Notes: generated by a model from the sequence alone, not told the origin. Counted from the first letter of the whole stretch, positions 11,843 to 24,589 are shown. The stretch: DNA of 60,425 nucleotides, filler included, from Dirinaria sp. TL-2023a (GCA_051941275.1; 11 parts of 11 records of this genome joined end to end with filler, not necessarily neighbours in it); one strand, 5' to 3'. Made by a program: numbers and translations.

Positions 11843-13678
11843 TTACGATTGACCGAGCTCGTCCCCACTGGGCGGGCGTTTCGGTCGATAGTCTTTGCAG
11901 TCGACACTCACGGTCTTGGCGTTCTTATTATTGCCGCTGGTAAATATGAGAGCGGTAAGCTTGCCGCCTTTGACACAGCCTGTATCCAGCCCTTTGCTGT
12001 ACTTTGCTAGCTGCAGACCTCGGGCAGAGTCGTGGCCGTAGATCACGGTGGAGCGTTCGTCTTTGGGGAGCAGTGTTTGGAATTTGTTCCATATCTGAAG
12101 TGCACGTCAGCAGGTACAACAACAGCAAGGTACAAGTAGTCGATGAAGAGGATGCGGCAAGGCTTGCGCCACGAACCTTGTTCCAGGGCATGCCGTCATT
12201 GACTGGACTGGGCACATGGGAGTTCAAGTCCAACGTCCGCATGTGCATCACGCTGATTGGGTCTTGTCTCTGCAGACTGACTCCTGGAACCAAACCGGCG
12301 TGTACGACTCGAACGTCCCCCAGACCATCGACTGGCCCAACATCCAGAATCACAGGGCACGAAGCCAGGTATTCGATCTGCTCCCCCGACAGCGCTCTGG
12401 CTAATTGCTGATTGACGTGATCACCACTACTGAAGCTTTCGCCATCGATGGTCTCATCCACTTTCGCATCGGGCTCGGCTTCCCTTACTTTGTTCGGATT
12501 ACCGTGATGAGGTGGCGCTGGTATTTCTTCTCCACGGAAATGGTAATTTGTATGGGGCGCCACCGCATGTGTTTTCAAGTCGCGATAGGCGAGTAGGACA
12601 CGGTCTTCGTGATTACCGCGCACGCATGAGGCATGCGAGGCGATTGCAAGATCGACGACAGCGGGAGACGAGGGACCTTTCGAGATGAGGTCGCCCGTAA
12701 ACACCAAATGGTCCGAACCCATTTTGAAGTCCAATTCGGAAAGGAGCGCTTCCACTGCAGTATGTGTGAATTAGCTTAGAAGTGGCCAATATACGTGCTA
12801 CGTAAGTGGTGAAAATAGATAAGATAGGGGTAGATCCTACGCTCATCATGGCAACCATGGACATCGCCTACGAATATAAGTCTTCTGCTGCTGCCTACCT
12901 GAGGCACCAAATCCCGTTTGAGTTGCTTCACATGTGTCATGCCCACGAATTCCGGCAGCATATTCGTGCCAAACCAGCCTGCGTCTGAATGTATCCTGCC
13001 GCTCACCGCATTACGAAGGATCCTCTGCTCATTCCACGAGTCCGCCCCATGCCGCGCCCAGTATATGAATAAGAAGACTATAGAAACGATGAAAAGGATC
13101 AGCCACCGACGCAGCCTCGGGGCCGACAACAACTGAGATAATGTAGGATAGCCTGGATCATTTTGGTTTGGCGAGAGGGGACCCCCAGTGGTGCGAGAGT
13201 CTGCTTGCCATCCATTACGAATGAAATTCACGAGTGGTTGCCGATGTCGCGGAAGTTGATAGGCATGTGCATCGTGGTGCTTCTGGTAGTAGGGCCGGCC
13301 ATCCATGATATCGTCGGTGCTGCATCCAGGATCGGCCTGTTCCGGCGGCGCCTGCGCTTGCCTCTGCCTCCTTTTCTCATGAAAATCGGCCCAGAAGTTG
13401 TCATAAAACTGCTTATCCTCGCCCGATAATGGCTCATGCGTTGGTGAGTAACACTGTTCTATGTCGTCATGCTCGTCGAATGTGTCAGGGGTGAGTGAGG
13501 AATGGCGATTGGGATATGAAAATTGTCGCGGCAATGGATGGTGGGGAAGGTGCAGGTCACCAGCGCGGTCTAAAAGGTCGGCATCGCGACTGTCGATGTC
13601 CGTATCCACGTCCGAGTCGAAAGATGTGCAAGAAGGAGGACCGGCGGCAAAGGTGGGCCGGGCCTGAGGAGCAGGCAT
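11843..13678 (-). CDS. PPN2: Calcineurin-like metallophosphoesterase, PPN2/ApaH-like (putative vacuolar endopolyphosphatase); exons 13678-12841, 12754-12177, 12094-11843
   Basis: One TM helix (WLILFIVSIVFLFIYW), then GDVHGC, GDLISKGP, GNHE, HAG, IYGHD and GLDTGC motifs in the canonical order. Confidence 0.8.
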
Positions 13679-14241
13679 ATTAATTTATAAAGGCAAGGAT
13701 AAGGTAATGTAATTACAACAGCAACCAGTGCTGACTTGCTGACATCAAATCGTGCTGATGCCAAGCAGGCCAATGTTGGCCAAGAACCTTTACTCGGAAA
13801 TCGGATCATGCCATGACCGTTTTGTGCTTCGAAGATTAAGGAAACGATTTGGTCAATGATCGACGCCCGGATGAGCTGCGGTTGCGCGTCCCCTCGCGAA
13901 CCAAGGCCTTGGCGAGCTCGGCAAAAGCATACTAGTGATAGTAGGAGGGGACGGGAGCCTCGGGAGGGGGGGTTTAAAAGGCTTGGTGCATTAGCCGCCG
14001 GGAGAAAGGGGGTTCATCGGGGAAACTCGCCCGAGCGCTGGACTTTGGGACCGTTTGGACTTTGGACGGGGTGAGACAGATTCAGATTACGTAAGGTAAG
14101 ATTACATTAAATTAAGGTAAGTAAGTACCGTAAGATGGGTGGTCGTCGGCTGCTTACTGTGGATGATAAGTATGGTAGATATCGATTTTTGTGAGATCGT
14201 GCATCCATCCAACGATTAGTAATCTTCATTAGAGACTTTGA

Positions 14242-15903
14242 TCATCTGTATCGACTATAATAAGCCTCCTCCTGCTGTCTTTTTTCCACAAGTCCGATCA
14301 CCTCGGTACCGTACAGTCCTTCGTGCGCCCTGTTGCCAAGCAGAATCTCCTTCTCGTGCACCGCAGCCTCTTCTTTGGTCATGCACACCAAGTCAGTGAG
14401 ATCCAACCGCGCACTCTTCTGACCTTCCCAATCCTCATCAGGCCTGAAACCCGCCTCTGGAACTCTCCACCGCACCAGAGCCAACCGCGTTGGGATTCCA
14501 CTCACTACACTTTTCCCCCGATAGACTTCTTCGATCAGGTATCCAATGTCGTCTCTGCTGACTGGAATCTTCAGTCCTTGCGCCTCTTCCCCCGCGCTTC
14601 TGGCGAGTCGCTCCTCTTGACCTTGCAATGCACTCAGTATGCTCTCGTACATCTTATCCCTAGCTTTCCCCCCGATTGTCTCATGGGGATACCCGGATAT
14701 TTCCATTGAGACAAAGTTTGCCACGGCGTATCCAAACACCGCTGGCATGGTCCCCAGTACTGGTAAGATGCGGGCTCTGAAGTCCGGTAGAACACTAAGT
14801 TCATTGACTTGTCCTTTGATGAATTCTTCTTCTGGCAGTGGCAGCAGTTGCGCTTTGCCTGGTCCAGGTTTTTCGGTCGAGTACACCACGGGTATACCCT
14901 CACTGATTCCCAAGGACCTTAATCTGCGTCTTGTCACCCTCGAAAGAGGATCCTCGGTGCTAGCGCTGATGTCGCCTACGCATACCCTTGTGGGATCACT
15001 TTTGCAGCCTGCGCCCATTGAGCTTACAACTTTAATGCCATGCGCATGGCAATAGTTTAACAGTGCCACCTTGCTGTCAATGTTATCGATTGCGTCAACC
15101 ACGTAGTCGGGTTTTCTGCCTCTCCCTCGATCCCACGCCTCGAGAAGCCTTTGACCTTGCTCTTGTTTCCAGACCTCATTGAAACATTCCCACTTCACCC
15201 AAGGGACGACTGCCTCTATTCGCTTGCGCACACACTGCACTTTTGGAGTTCCCACATCGGCCAACGTAGCCACGGCGTGCCTGTTAAGCGAGGACAGTGT
15301 GACTTGGTCGAAATCGATGAGCCGAATTTTTGAAACCCCAGAACGAGCGAGCGCGGACGTGCAATGAGATCCCACACCTCCAAGTCCGACGATGATAACG
15401 AACGAGTCGCGAAGATGGGCGAAGCGAGGAGGCGTAAGAAACGATGAAGTACGGTTCAGTTGCTCGGTGATAAGCTCTAGGATGTCTCAGCATGGAATTC
15501 TGCTCTCCACGAGAAGTAGACGCTGCATACCTTCGTCGTAATCACCCGCTTGAGCGCGTCTTGCCAGGGCGGCTGCCCGCTCCTCCTCTTTACTTGGTAT
15601 ACCGATTGGCGATGCAGAGCCGAAATCTGTGAGCTTCACTGAGATGGTCAGCTGTTGGCCTCAACATTCCTTTCAAACCCATGCCAAGACATCTTAAATC
15701 GAATGCTTTGCAAAACACACCTTCTGCGCTTGATGGTGTTCGTCAAGCTCAGGAATCGAAGCCTTGAGCTTGTCAACCGCTACCTTTCGCCTGGCAGTCT
15801 GAGTACCGTAGATGATGCCGGCGACGGCGACACCCGACAGGATTGCGGTGGCAGCGAGCTGCACATGGTGGTTGGAAGCCTGACGCTCGAGCCAGGTCGA
15901 CAT
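14242..15903 (-). CDS. TCD2: tRNA threonylcarbamoyladenosine dehydratase (ThiF/E1-like, TCD1/TCD2 family); exons 15903-15721, 15633-15531, 15476-14242
   Basis: N-terminal anchor helix, GDYDEELITEQL, IVGLGGVGSH, DFDQVTLSSLNRHA, DAIDN, SMGAGCKSDPTR, ILPVLGTMP. TCD1 versus TCD2 cannot be resolved by eye. Confidence 0.88.
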
Positions 15904-16435
15904 GGTCTCCCTGCGTGGAGGCTCTGGAGGCGGGCTTGCAATGTTTGGCCGGTGCTTATACTCTCTATATATATCCATGGCAACAAAGTAATGTCGAGGC
16001 CATGATTATAGCAAAGTCTGAGCGGTACTGTAAAGCTACTTTATTGAAGCATAAGGGAAATCGCATATGATACAGCTAGCTAACTGGCGCACCCCCTAGT
16101 CGGGACCTTGTGAATCCAAGCGGAAAATTTTCCGCTAGCTCATCATATGGACAGGACATGAATCCCATATTCATACACGTCCTCAACATCCTCCTTTCTC
16201 TCCCCTAATCAGGAAATTCAAGCAGGTAAGTCCCTCTCTCCCCTCCCAAAAAACCCCACTCCCTAACATAACTCTCCAAGGCATATGCGTACTCGATGCA
16301 GAAACTCCTCACCCGAGCTCCACGAGACCCATTCATGCTTCAGCGCCAGCTTTTAACCAAGCTCGGCGCACGCGAAGCAGAACGAGATCAATGACTGAAG
16401 GAAGTCGTGAACAGAGATCTTAGAGTTACATACCC

Positions 16436-16535
16436 NNNNNNNNNNNNNNNNNNNNNNNNNNNNNNNNNNNNNNNNNNNNTTAATTAATTAANNNNNNNNN
16501 NNNNNNNNNNNNNNNNNNNNNNNNNNNNNNNNNNN
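16436..16535. other. Artificial contig spacer
   Basis: N44-TTAATTAATTAA-N44. Confidence 0.99.
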
Positions 16536-19140
16536 CTTGTTGGGACCTACAGCCTAGGTGCTGGGCAGTTTGAGAAGAAGGATGCGGGAGATCGAATGCT
16601 TTCGCTCTTGCTGAAGGTAATATCATTCCTATCCCATTCTTTGGCAAGATTGGGTGCTGATATTCCTTGAATAGCCCATCAGCGTATTAGTTCAAGCTGG
16701 TAATTGCTATTTCGAATTGAAGGGCTTAGCGCATCGTACAACATATCATAAGTCGAGAAGGCCAGTGGCCGTTACAGAATAATGTGGAATTGAAAAGCTG
16801 TGGGTTCTCTTCTCCCATCATTTATGTATAAAGCTAATTCCTACCTTCCCATTGAGAAACGACCAAGGAAACCTCAGAGACACTGCCAGTCATTCCATGT
16901 CGCTGTTGACTATTCCTTTACAACTATTCAAAGATGAGGCTGTCGTTGCAATTCAATTGTTTGGGAATTTGCAGTCACCTCGCAATCCTTTGGACTCTAA
17001 TTGCTTCGTTAGTCCAACCCTTACGTGGAAGGAGCGATTCACCCACAGATGTGCAGGTACACCCTTTTGGTAGATACTGTGGCTTGGCTTTCTTCCGCCA
17101 TTCTCGCAGGTAAGAATTTCCTACCTTGGCAAATATCATTCAATCATGGATGATCAGTTACAAGAGCACCTTTCGAGCTTGGCTTTTGATTAGTTATTTC
17201 TCCGCTGGATCTTTGCGGCTAAATATACAAGAAGCCTCATAAAGCACCTCATTCCGTGGGCCACCGTGGTATTTCCCTTGGTCTTCGCTCCAGGAGATGG
17301 GATATTTCTACTTTCCTCGGATAATCCCGTGAACACGGCTCCAGCTTCGGTATTAACAGCACGCATTCATTGTGTAGTGACTGCGCATGCTCCGCATACG
17401 CATCTGCAAGACCTGGCGTGACGAGGCTGCAAGACTCAATAAGATGATTTGGTGGCTTTCCGAGTGGCGACTGAGTGGATTCTGCTTCCGAACGGAATTT
17501 TCTCTCAATTATCCTCCTCCCAAGCCCTGGACCTTACCACAAGACGTATCCTGACCTCCCGCAACCAGCTGTGCAAGATATAACCTCTATTCTTTGTGAC
17601 CAGCTGTGGCAACAAACAAGCCTAACCCAAGATCGAGATCAGACTTAGGACCGGTGGGGTTTTGCGCCAAGATAATACCAGTCATCTGGAATGGAACCTC
17701 CTCGCGGCTGTGATAAATAGACTTAGTCCTGACGAAGCACCTATCTCGAGTGTCAAATATCGAGATAAGTACCTAGATGCCGCATTGGCCCTGTTGCTGC
17801 TTAGCCTGCTTGCCTGCCTATCCTGCTTCTTTGTCAATTCCATCTCACCTGAGTGTATTGAAGTCGTGCCAGAGTGTCTGAGAGAGCACATTAACCTCGA
17901 TCTTCGGTCCAGGACTCAACTCCAATCCGCCGAAACAAGTATGACGTCCAGGCTAGCTCGAAATGGTCGTGAAAGCTCGAGTCCAGCACCCAGTCTTCTG
18001 GCGAAAACCTCCGGAGAATGTGCCTCAATGAGTGACAGAATCGGAAATGCGGGTGACCAAGGTTTGATCTTCGTGGAGTTGCGGTTAGACGAGAGGGTAG
18101 CAAACAGATAGAAATCGCCTCGAAAAGGGGGAACAAGGGAAGGCGTCGATAGCGGCTTGTAGCTAGAGTCTGGAGTCAAAAAAGTAGGCCATGAGTGGAT
18201 ATCTGTATAACTCTCTTACTTTTTGTCAGCAGTCTCCTTCATTAAGTCTTCATTCCAACTCACTTGGACTTTTCGCGCTCAAGTGTTGATACTGCTGCTT
18301 GTGCGTTCTGTGAAATCATTTGCCCGCGGCAACATGATTAGTTCATTGAAAACCAGGTCAATAACGCCGACGCCGGAGCCCTGAAATTTGCTACTCACCA
18401 TGCCAGAATCCTAGATCTATAACTTCATGATCTTGAATCAGTGTTGAAATACTATATGAACTATTGCTTGGTCTATATAGCAACAGCAAGACGCTGATAG
18501 CGAGAGTCTCGTTCAGAAGGCAATTTTCCTGCCGAGGCTTTGGCACTTGGAGGAAAAGCGTAAGGCCAGATACGAATGCAGTCAAGACAAGTATTGCATT
18601 GGACCGCTTCTTCTTTTCTCACAAGGTTATCTCAGAGACTCCTTTTAGGGGCGCGGGGGGAGCAGAGAAGGGAAGTCATGTGACTATCAAGTGTCGGTAA
18701 ATCGGGAGACTATCGACTAGGGGAGAAGTTCCAAATACCTCACCCTTGACACCATCCTGTGCCAAATCCATCGTTCGTCCAACAAACTTATCCAGCATCA
18801 CTAGCCTTATCAGTAGCAGCTGTTGTATTGTCTGCACCTCACTCAAACTTAGTACTTATCATTGTAAGTCCTTCCCTGCAGCTCTTTTCGTTGAGGCGAA
18901 GACATCCGAAGCCCTATTTTTCTGTTTAGCCAAATTTCTGAAGCTTGGCAACATGATCGTGCGAGCTTGCACTAGCATCTCCCCCTCTATTCCGTGCATA
19001 GTATCTCCATCTGGATAGCAAGACTGACTCTCGATAGCTCAATAGACAGCCCAAGACCAATTTCTGGTAGGTAGCGCCAACGCGCCTTTTTGAATCTCTC
19101 TGCTCACCGCATCGTAGCTTTAAAAGAAAAAGACAGCAAA

Positions 19141-19793
19141 ATGGGAAATCGTATGCCAGAGGACGAGATTCAGCAAGATACTATCGCTGAGGGTGCTGGC
19201 CATGCCTCGAACGCTGTGACGGTGGCCTACGACGAAGTAGTTAATGAAGAGGGGGTCTCATCTTCTAACACTGCTCTGCCCGACCCATCAGCTACTCGCA
19301 CTTCAGAGGTAGAAGACTTTGGTGAATCGGCCGACGAAGAAACTAGCGAGGAGAGAAACGAGGATTCAAGCCAAGCGGAAGACGACCGGAGAGCATGGAT
19401 CTATATCCGCGACCAATTATTTGCAGATTTGCAAGCTAGGGCTCAGACAAATCTTGACAATCCGGCGCTCGACATCAACCACCCCGTTTTGGTCCTCGAC
19501 AGGCATATCTGGCGCAGAACGGCAATTTTTCTTTCCCGCTGGTGGGGCGTTCGCGTGACGCCCGAGGAGATATAGTGAGATGACAAAAGCAATTGTTAAA
19601 AAGCAAACAGACTGATCATTGAAATAGTCACCGATTGATAGCATTTGTTCTTGGACAACGTCCGCTGCCCGAAGGGATCTTCATTGATCCTGAAACCGGA
19701 CACCTCACCGCCGTACCTCCAAACACCACGACTGCTCCGGCCCAAGCTGGGCAACAGCCAGAAGGTAAGAATGAAAACGCCGAGTCTGAGTAA
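19141..19793 (+). CDS. Hypothetical acidic protein, two exons (19141-19574, 19628-19793); possibly a truncated or degenerate gene
   Basis: A GTGAGA donor, CTGAT branch site and TAG acceptor (53-nt intron) join the acidic ORF in frame to YHRLIAFVLGQRPLPEGIFIDPETGHL... No family recognised. Confidence 0.5.
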
Positions 19794-21124
19794 GAGGACC
19801 TTATTGTTGATGCTTATTCACCAGAAGGCGCCAATGATAATACCAATCTCGAGTACGAAGATAGTGAGTATGCAGAACCTCCATGAAGCATGTGGAATTG
19901 TAAGCAACATTACCCAGAAGTTTGAGTAGGTAGCTGATGAGAAGATAGTGGCGGCTATCAGAGTCGTTTAAGAGATGAGACTGTGCTTTGTTACCTTTGC
20001 TCAATGAGACAATGCTCAATTAGAAGAGCAAGAATGTTACATTCGTACAGCATATAGTGTACCAACAGGTTAGAAGAATAGGAACCAATGGCAGTTGCGC
20101 TGTGCTTCCAACTAGCCAAGAGAGAATCTCATGATGGTGATAGCGAAAACTAATCAGATGGCTTCTTTGAACAACGAATGCTGACCTTTAGTGACGACCT
20201 CGGAATACTTGGAAGAGAAATTCAACTGGCAATTGCTTTGTGCTTGTGCTTCAACAGTCTAATAACACTTTGATGAAAGCTTGCTGACCTTGACGATAGT
20301 TTGCTACTAGGTGGCTTATGGCTGAATATGGATGCCAGCTAAGTAAATTGCCCCATCATGCATGATTGGACCTGAAGCTTTACTGACTGGCTATCCTTGA
20401 CTTCAAATTTGGGTGTATTAACTGGAGCATGAGACCGTTGGCTCGTTCGAATGGCAGCATGACGAGTTGATGCCACACTGTCTTCGCCGGCGAAGGGTAT
20501 TTGTTTCCCTTTTCATTATCTTGGGCTTCTTTGCTTATCATGGCTAACGTTAGATAGCTTGGCTTCTTGGTGCTGGTAAGTCAGAAGATCAGTTACATCG
20601 ATTCAGAATAGGAGACGGTGTACTCACCTTCTCTTACGCCCACTAGACCTCGATCAAGAGCACTGATGACCAGCGACAAACCTTCCAGGATTAGCACCTC
20701 AGTACTAAATCGTGGATATCGCAGTTGCAAGCAGGCAACAGGAAGGTAAGTACAGGAATCTCCTCTGTACCAGTCTCAGGATCAGTGCTCTAAGCCAAGT
20801 GCCAAGCCAAGGATTTCATGATGCTTCAGATGGCATGGCATACCAAGCCAGAGATACTGATTTGAAAGATATGTCTACACCTGAGACGCGGTGTAGTCGC
20901 GATATCGGAGTTAGTGTTGATAGGACTCACACTAAGGCACTCGTTTAGCTTCCTTGTATCATGTGATCGTTTCCCCATTGTAAAAGTACTGCTTCATCTC
21001 CCTATCCTCACTTCTTCGATTTGCCTTCTACTACAGCATTCCACCTACAGTCTTAATCTCATCAAGTACAATAGCCTTCGTACTTTGGGCTTCTAGTCTT
21101 ACATATCAAAAAGCATCCTAACTT

Positions 21125-21200
21125 AGAAGCTCTTGTCTGATCTGTCACTGTTCCATCCCGCCTAAGAAGCTCCTGTCTGATCTATCATTGTTCCATCCGG
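21125..21200 (+). repeat. Imperfect tandem duplication, about 40-bp unit x2
   Basis: AGAAGCTCTTGTCTGATCTGTCACTGTTCCATCCCG followed by AGAAGCTCCTGTCTGATCTATCATTGTTCCATCCGG. Confidence 0.9.
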
Positions 21201-21233
21201 ATCTCTATTTCCATCACAAAAGATTATCAAAAA

Positions 21234-21917
21234 ATGGCGCCGTAAGTAATCCCCCTTTCATACAGATACCAATCACAAAACCATCCACGACATCATAATT
21301 CAGAACTGACCTTTCCCCTTTTTTCTCCGAGACACAGAAAGAAGAAGGCGACAACAACAACAACAACAAAAAAAACCCGCAAACGAGCTCCTGCCCCGCT
21401 AAGGCGATCCGCTAGGATCGCCGCGATTATCAAAGCGAAAGCAGATGCTCTAAAGGACCATCGAGGTCTAAAGATGAGGCGGTCGAAACGCAAAAAACCA
21501 ACCACCGCTGCCGTCCACTCCTCATCCACCACCACTAGTACCACTCTAGTAGTACAGAATCCCAGCTCAGCAGACCCCAACCCCGCTCACGGCGACACCA
21601 CCTACCTCTCTCGCGCTCGCGCCAAAAAGCAGGCGCGAAGGGCAAAGACCCGGCTTTCAAAGAACCTTGCCCAGCAGCAGCAGCAGCGTGACGGCCGCAA
21701 ACCGAGCGCGACGGAGCGAAAAGCGGCCCGAGATCCAAGTATTATAACGAGTGGTCGGGCCGCGAAGAGGAAGGCCCACAAGCAGAGAGTGAAATACAGG
21801 AAGAGCAGGATCAGGGACGAGGAGAAGGAGGAGAGACAGCGACTACAGCACATCGAGGCTTTGGAAAAATCTCGACCTCTTTATTATGTGACGCCCGATG
21901 GCAGGTTGACGATGTGA
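21234..21917 (+). CDS. Hypothetical highly basic (Lys/Arg-rich) protein, 195 aa, exons 21234-21241 and 21338-21917
   Basis: ATG in an A-rich context (CAAAAAATGG), GTAAGT donor, ACTGAC branch site, pyrimidine tract and CAG acceptor. The splice is in frame with ORF 21474..21917 and gives MAPKKKATTTTTTKKTRKRAPAPLRRSARIAA... Confidence 0.7.
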
Positions 21918-21923
21918 GCGGGG

Positions 21924-21943
21924 GTGTGTGTGTGTGTGTGTGT
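21924..21943 (+). repeat. (GT)n microsatellite at contig end
   Basis: GTGTGT... run directly before the spacer. Confidence 0.9.
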
Positions 21944-21945
21944 AT

Positions 21946-22045
21946 NNNNNNNNNNNNNNNNNNNNNNNNNNNNNNNNNNNNNNNNNNNNTTAATTAATTA
22001 ANNNNNNNNNNNNNNNNNNNNNNNNNNNNNNNNNNNNNNNNNNNN
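21946..22045. other. Artificial contig spacer
   Basis: N44-TTAATTAATTAA-N44. Confidence 0.99.
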
Positions 22046-23328
22046 CTTGCAACTAGATGACGTATTGTCGAGTGCCGTCCCATTGTTGTCTTGTGATCTT
22101 GTGAACGGTCACTCATTTGATACTTCCGGCTGACCAGAAAAGAGATAAAAATTCGAGATCAGCACCTTATTGATTTGCTGCAAAGAGCAGGCAGCCTCGC
22201 TGATACTGCGTTTATGAGATGTGTAGGTGTATAATATTACAACGACTGGTATCCCATACTCTAGCAGGATGCTACTTTCAAATAATCCAGTGAACTTATG
22301 GCCCAGGCGTGCTGACGAACTAAGTCCATAAATGAAGCGCCATCACCAAATAGTCAAATCCTCAAAATTGGAATGAAGTAATGCAATAGTGGAACAAGCA
22401 CACATTCCTGCCAGGGCATAGGATAATGTGCCACATAAAATCTAGTTTGCGTTCTTCGCTTACCTTAATCTTTGCTTGTCCAGATTAGGTCGTCAAAATG
22501 GTCTCATCAACTGCTTTGGCATGCACAGATCACAATTAGACCGTGAACAGTGATCACCAGGACCTTTGCCTAAGATATCCGGCTTTCTCTTTGATCAAAT
22601 CTCCTTTATTCCGTCCTGATAGGGAATGTCACATCCGCTGTTTCCAATATTTTTACATGAGGTGGTTTTATTTCTAGCAATGCGTGGAACACTGCCGCTC
22701 CCTCTTCTTCGCAAGACCACCACCATAAAGCATCCAAAAAGATCCTTTCGGTTGTCGCTGCGAAGATACCCAAGGTACGAGCACGCTCGATGGCATCGAA
22801 TGTCCAAAATATCGTCGTTGGCAAAAGGAAACAGTTTTTCCATATCGCATGAGCGGCGTGATTCCTACGACTGAGGATTCAGTACGCTAGTGATCGTTCC
22901 GATACATACTTAGCCTGTGTAGGTGTCTCTAAAAGTCCGAATTCGAATCAGCCACGAGTTTTGATCCTCGTTCAGTCCGAACTTTCGTTTAGCGATACCG
23001 CTTTTAGCGTCGTAGGAAGGCGCTAAGTCTAATTCAAAGTTGTGGCTTGATCAAGCCAACCCCATGAATACCGTAAATATTTTGTTCCGTCAAAGTATCG
23101 TTTGCTCGATTGATTCAGCCGTGTGGCTTCAAAACACGGAACTCGTCAAGTTATTCATTTGGTTGATTGGATGAAAATACCTACCAGCGTCGTTGAGCAG
23201 CATCATGGCCGAGATCAAGACTTTTAAAAGCCCACTGTCCATAAAGGTGTTATATTCCCACCATGTTTTGTTAAGTTTTCTGTCATTTTCTATCATTATA
23301 CCTACACTTAGTACTTCTCCCTCTCAAT

Positions 23329-24589
23329 ATGCTCGGCGCATGCGTTGCTCTCTTCGTAGGGGCACTTTTTACAGCTCCTGTTCTGTCCATGCCTAACAAG
23401 GCAAACATCCTGGCGCTCGCAGAGCGAAATGCTTGCAATCAAGACAATGTCTTGCGCGCCTTGATCGATCCTCGCTATAGTAGCTCGGCTTCGATTTTTT
23501 GCAGTACTTATATCTCGATTCCTGCGGCTACGATGACCGCAGCGACGGTACGTGTACCTGGTGGCCCAGGATAGAAGTGTTGGCGATCTTGCTAAATTAG
23601 TGAATAGACCTCAACAGTGTCATCTGGAACGCTCACAGTAGTGACTACGACCACTCCAGCGCCCGCTGTAATGTAAGACTTCTGGCTATCTTCCATCCTC
23701 TCTAGGTTTCTAAACATATGGCAGGACTATCACGCCAACTATCACATCGACTTTGGCAGTCAGCACGTTCACTTCTACCGTGTACACAACATACCGTGCG
23801 CCAGACGAAGGGCCAGGTCAGTATTGACGTTTTCCGTTCTCTTTATCTCGTAGCAAAGATTCAATAATCATGAAAGGACGAGGGAAAAGGCGAATTGCTT
23901 TTCTTTCACGCCCGCCAGCTCTTTACTGTAGATATACTAACCAGGTTGAACGAGTCAAGACCCCAACCCGCCGTATCCCCAAAAGAGAGATCAGACCCTC
24001 CCTTCATACGTATCTCAATACCCTGCTTCTCGGATTTCAAGCGGATGTTCGTGCTTGAGCATCCCAACAGCTACATCAACTGTCACTCCTGTGACTACGG
24101 CGCCTCAGACTGTAAGTTGGGTGACACCTTAAGGCTGAGTGGGCACTTTCTGATCCCGTGTCCCTTCAGACCGTAACTAGTACGACCACTGCGGCCCAGA
24201 GCTCTGCGACCGTTACTGGATCTCCGACAACTGTTACCGTGTCATCCACGACAACGTCCTATCGTGTCCTCCCTACTCTCTGCGATCCAAAGAACTTCAA
24301 GGACTACCGCAACTTCGTAGACAGCCGCCCGTTCAGTTACAAGACCGTCCCCGGCACCACCAAGCAAGATTGCTGCCTGACCTGCTACAACGCCAAGAAC
24401 TGTATGTCGTTCATATTCAACGACAAAAACCAGCAATGCAATTACTATGTTGGTACGACGCAGACGACATTTACGTACCGAGTGGATGTTTGTCCGCTGG
24501 GTATCACCAGTGGAAGCTACGAGCAAGCGCCGGGATGGGCCACTCTCCCCGATAATTACGGCCCTTGTCTAGATGGCGCGCCGTATTAA
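23329..24589 (+). CDS. Secreted Thr/Ser-rich, Cys-containing protein with a C-terminal apple/PAN-like module; multi-exon, middle splicing unresolved
   Basis: Signal peptide MLGACVALFVGALFTAPVLS. CNQDNVLRAL...ASIFCSTYI and YPASRISSGCSCL motifs typical of fungal cell-surface proteins, Thr-rich linkers, and CCLTCYNAKNCMSF...C. Several GT-AG introns. Confidence 0.7.

Noticed and set aside
15634..15720. AAG 3' splice site in TCD intron 1 as unusual splicing
   Set aside because: AAG acceptors also fit ALG8 and MCM5 introns here and are a normal minority in fungi.
16146..16435. Intron-like signal (GTAAGT...CTAAC...AAG) and a small hairpin divergent from TCD
   Set aside because: No ATG-initiated frame of useful length and no recognisable ncRNA motif; the contig ends right after.
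22046..23300. Short ORFs at 22595-22874
   Set aside because: Under 85 aa in three conflicting frames with no recognisable homology; treated as intergenic.
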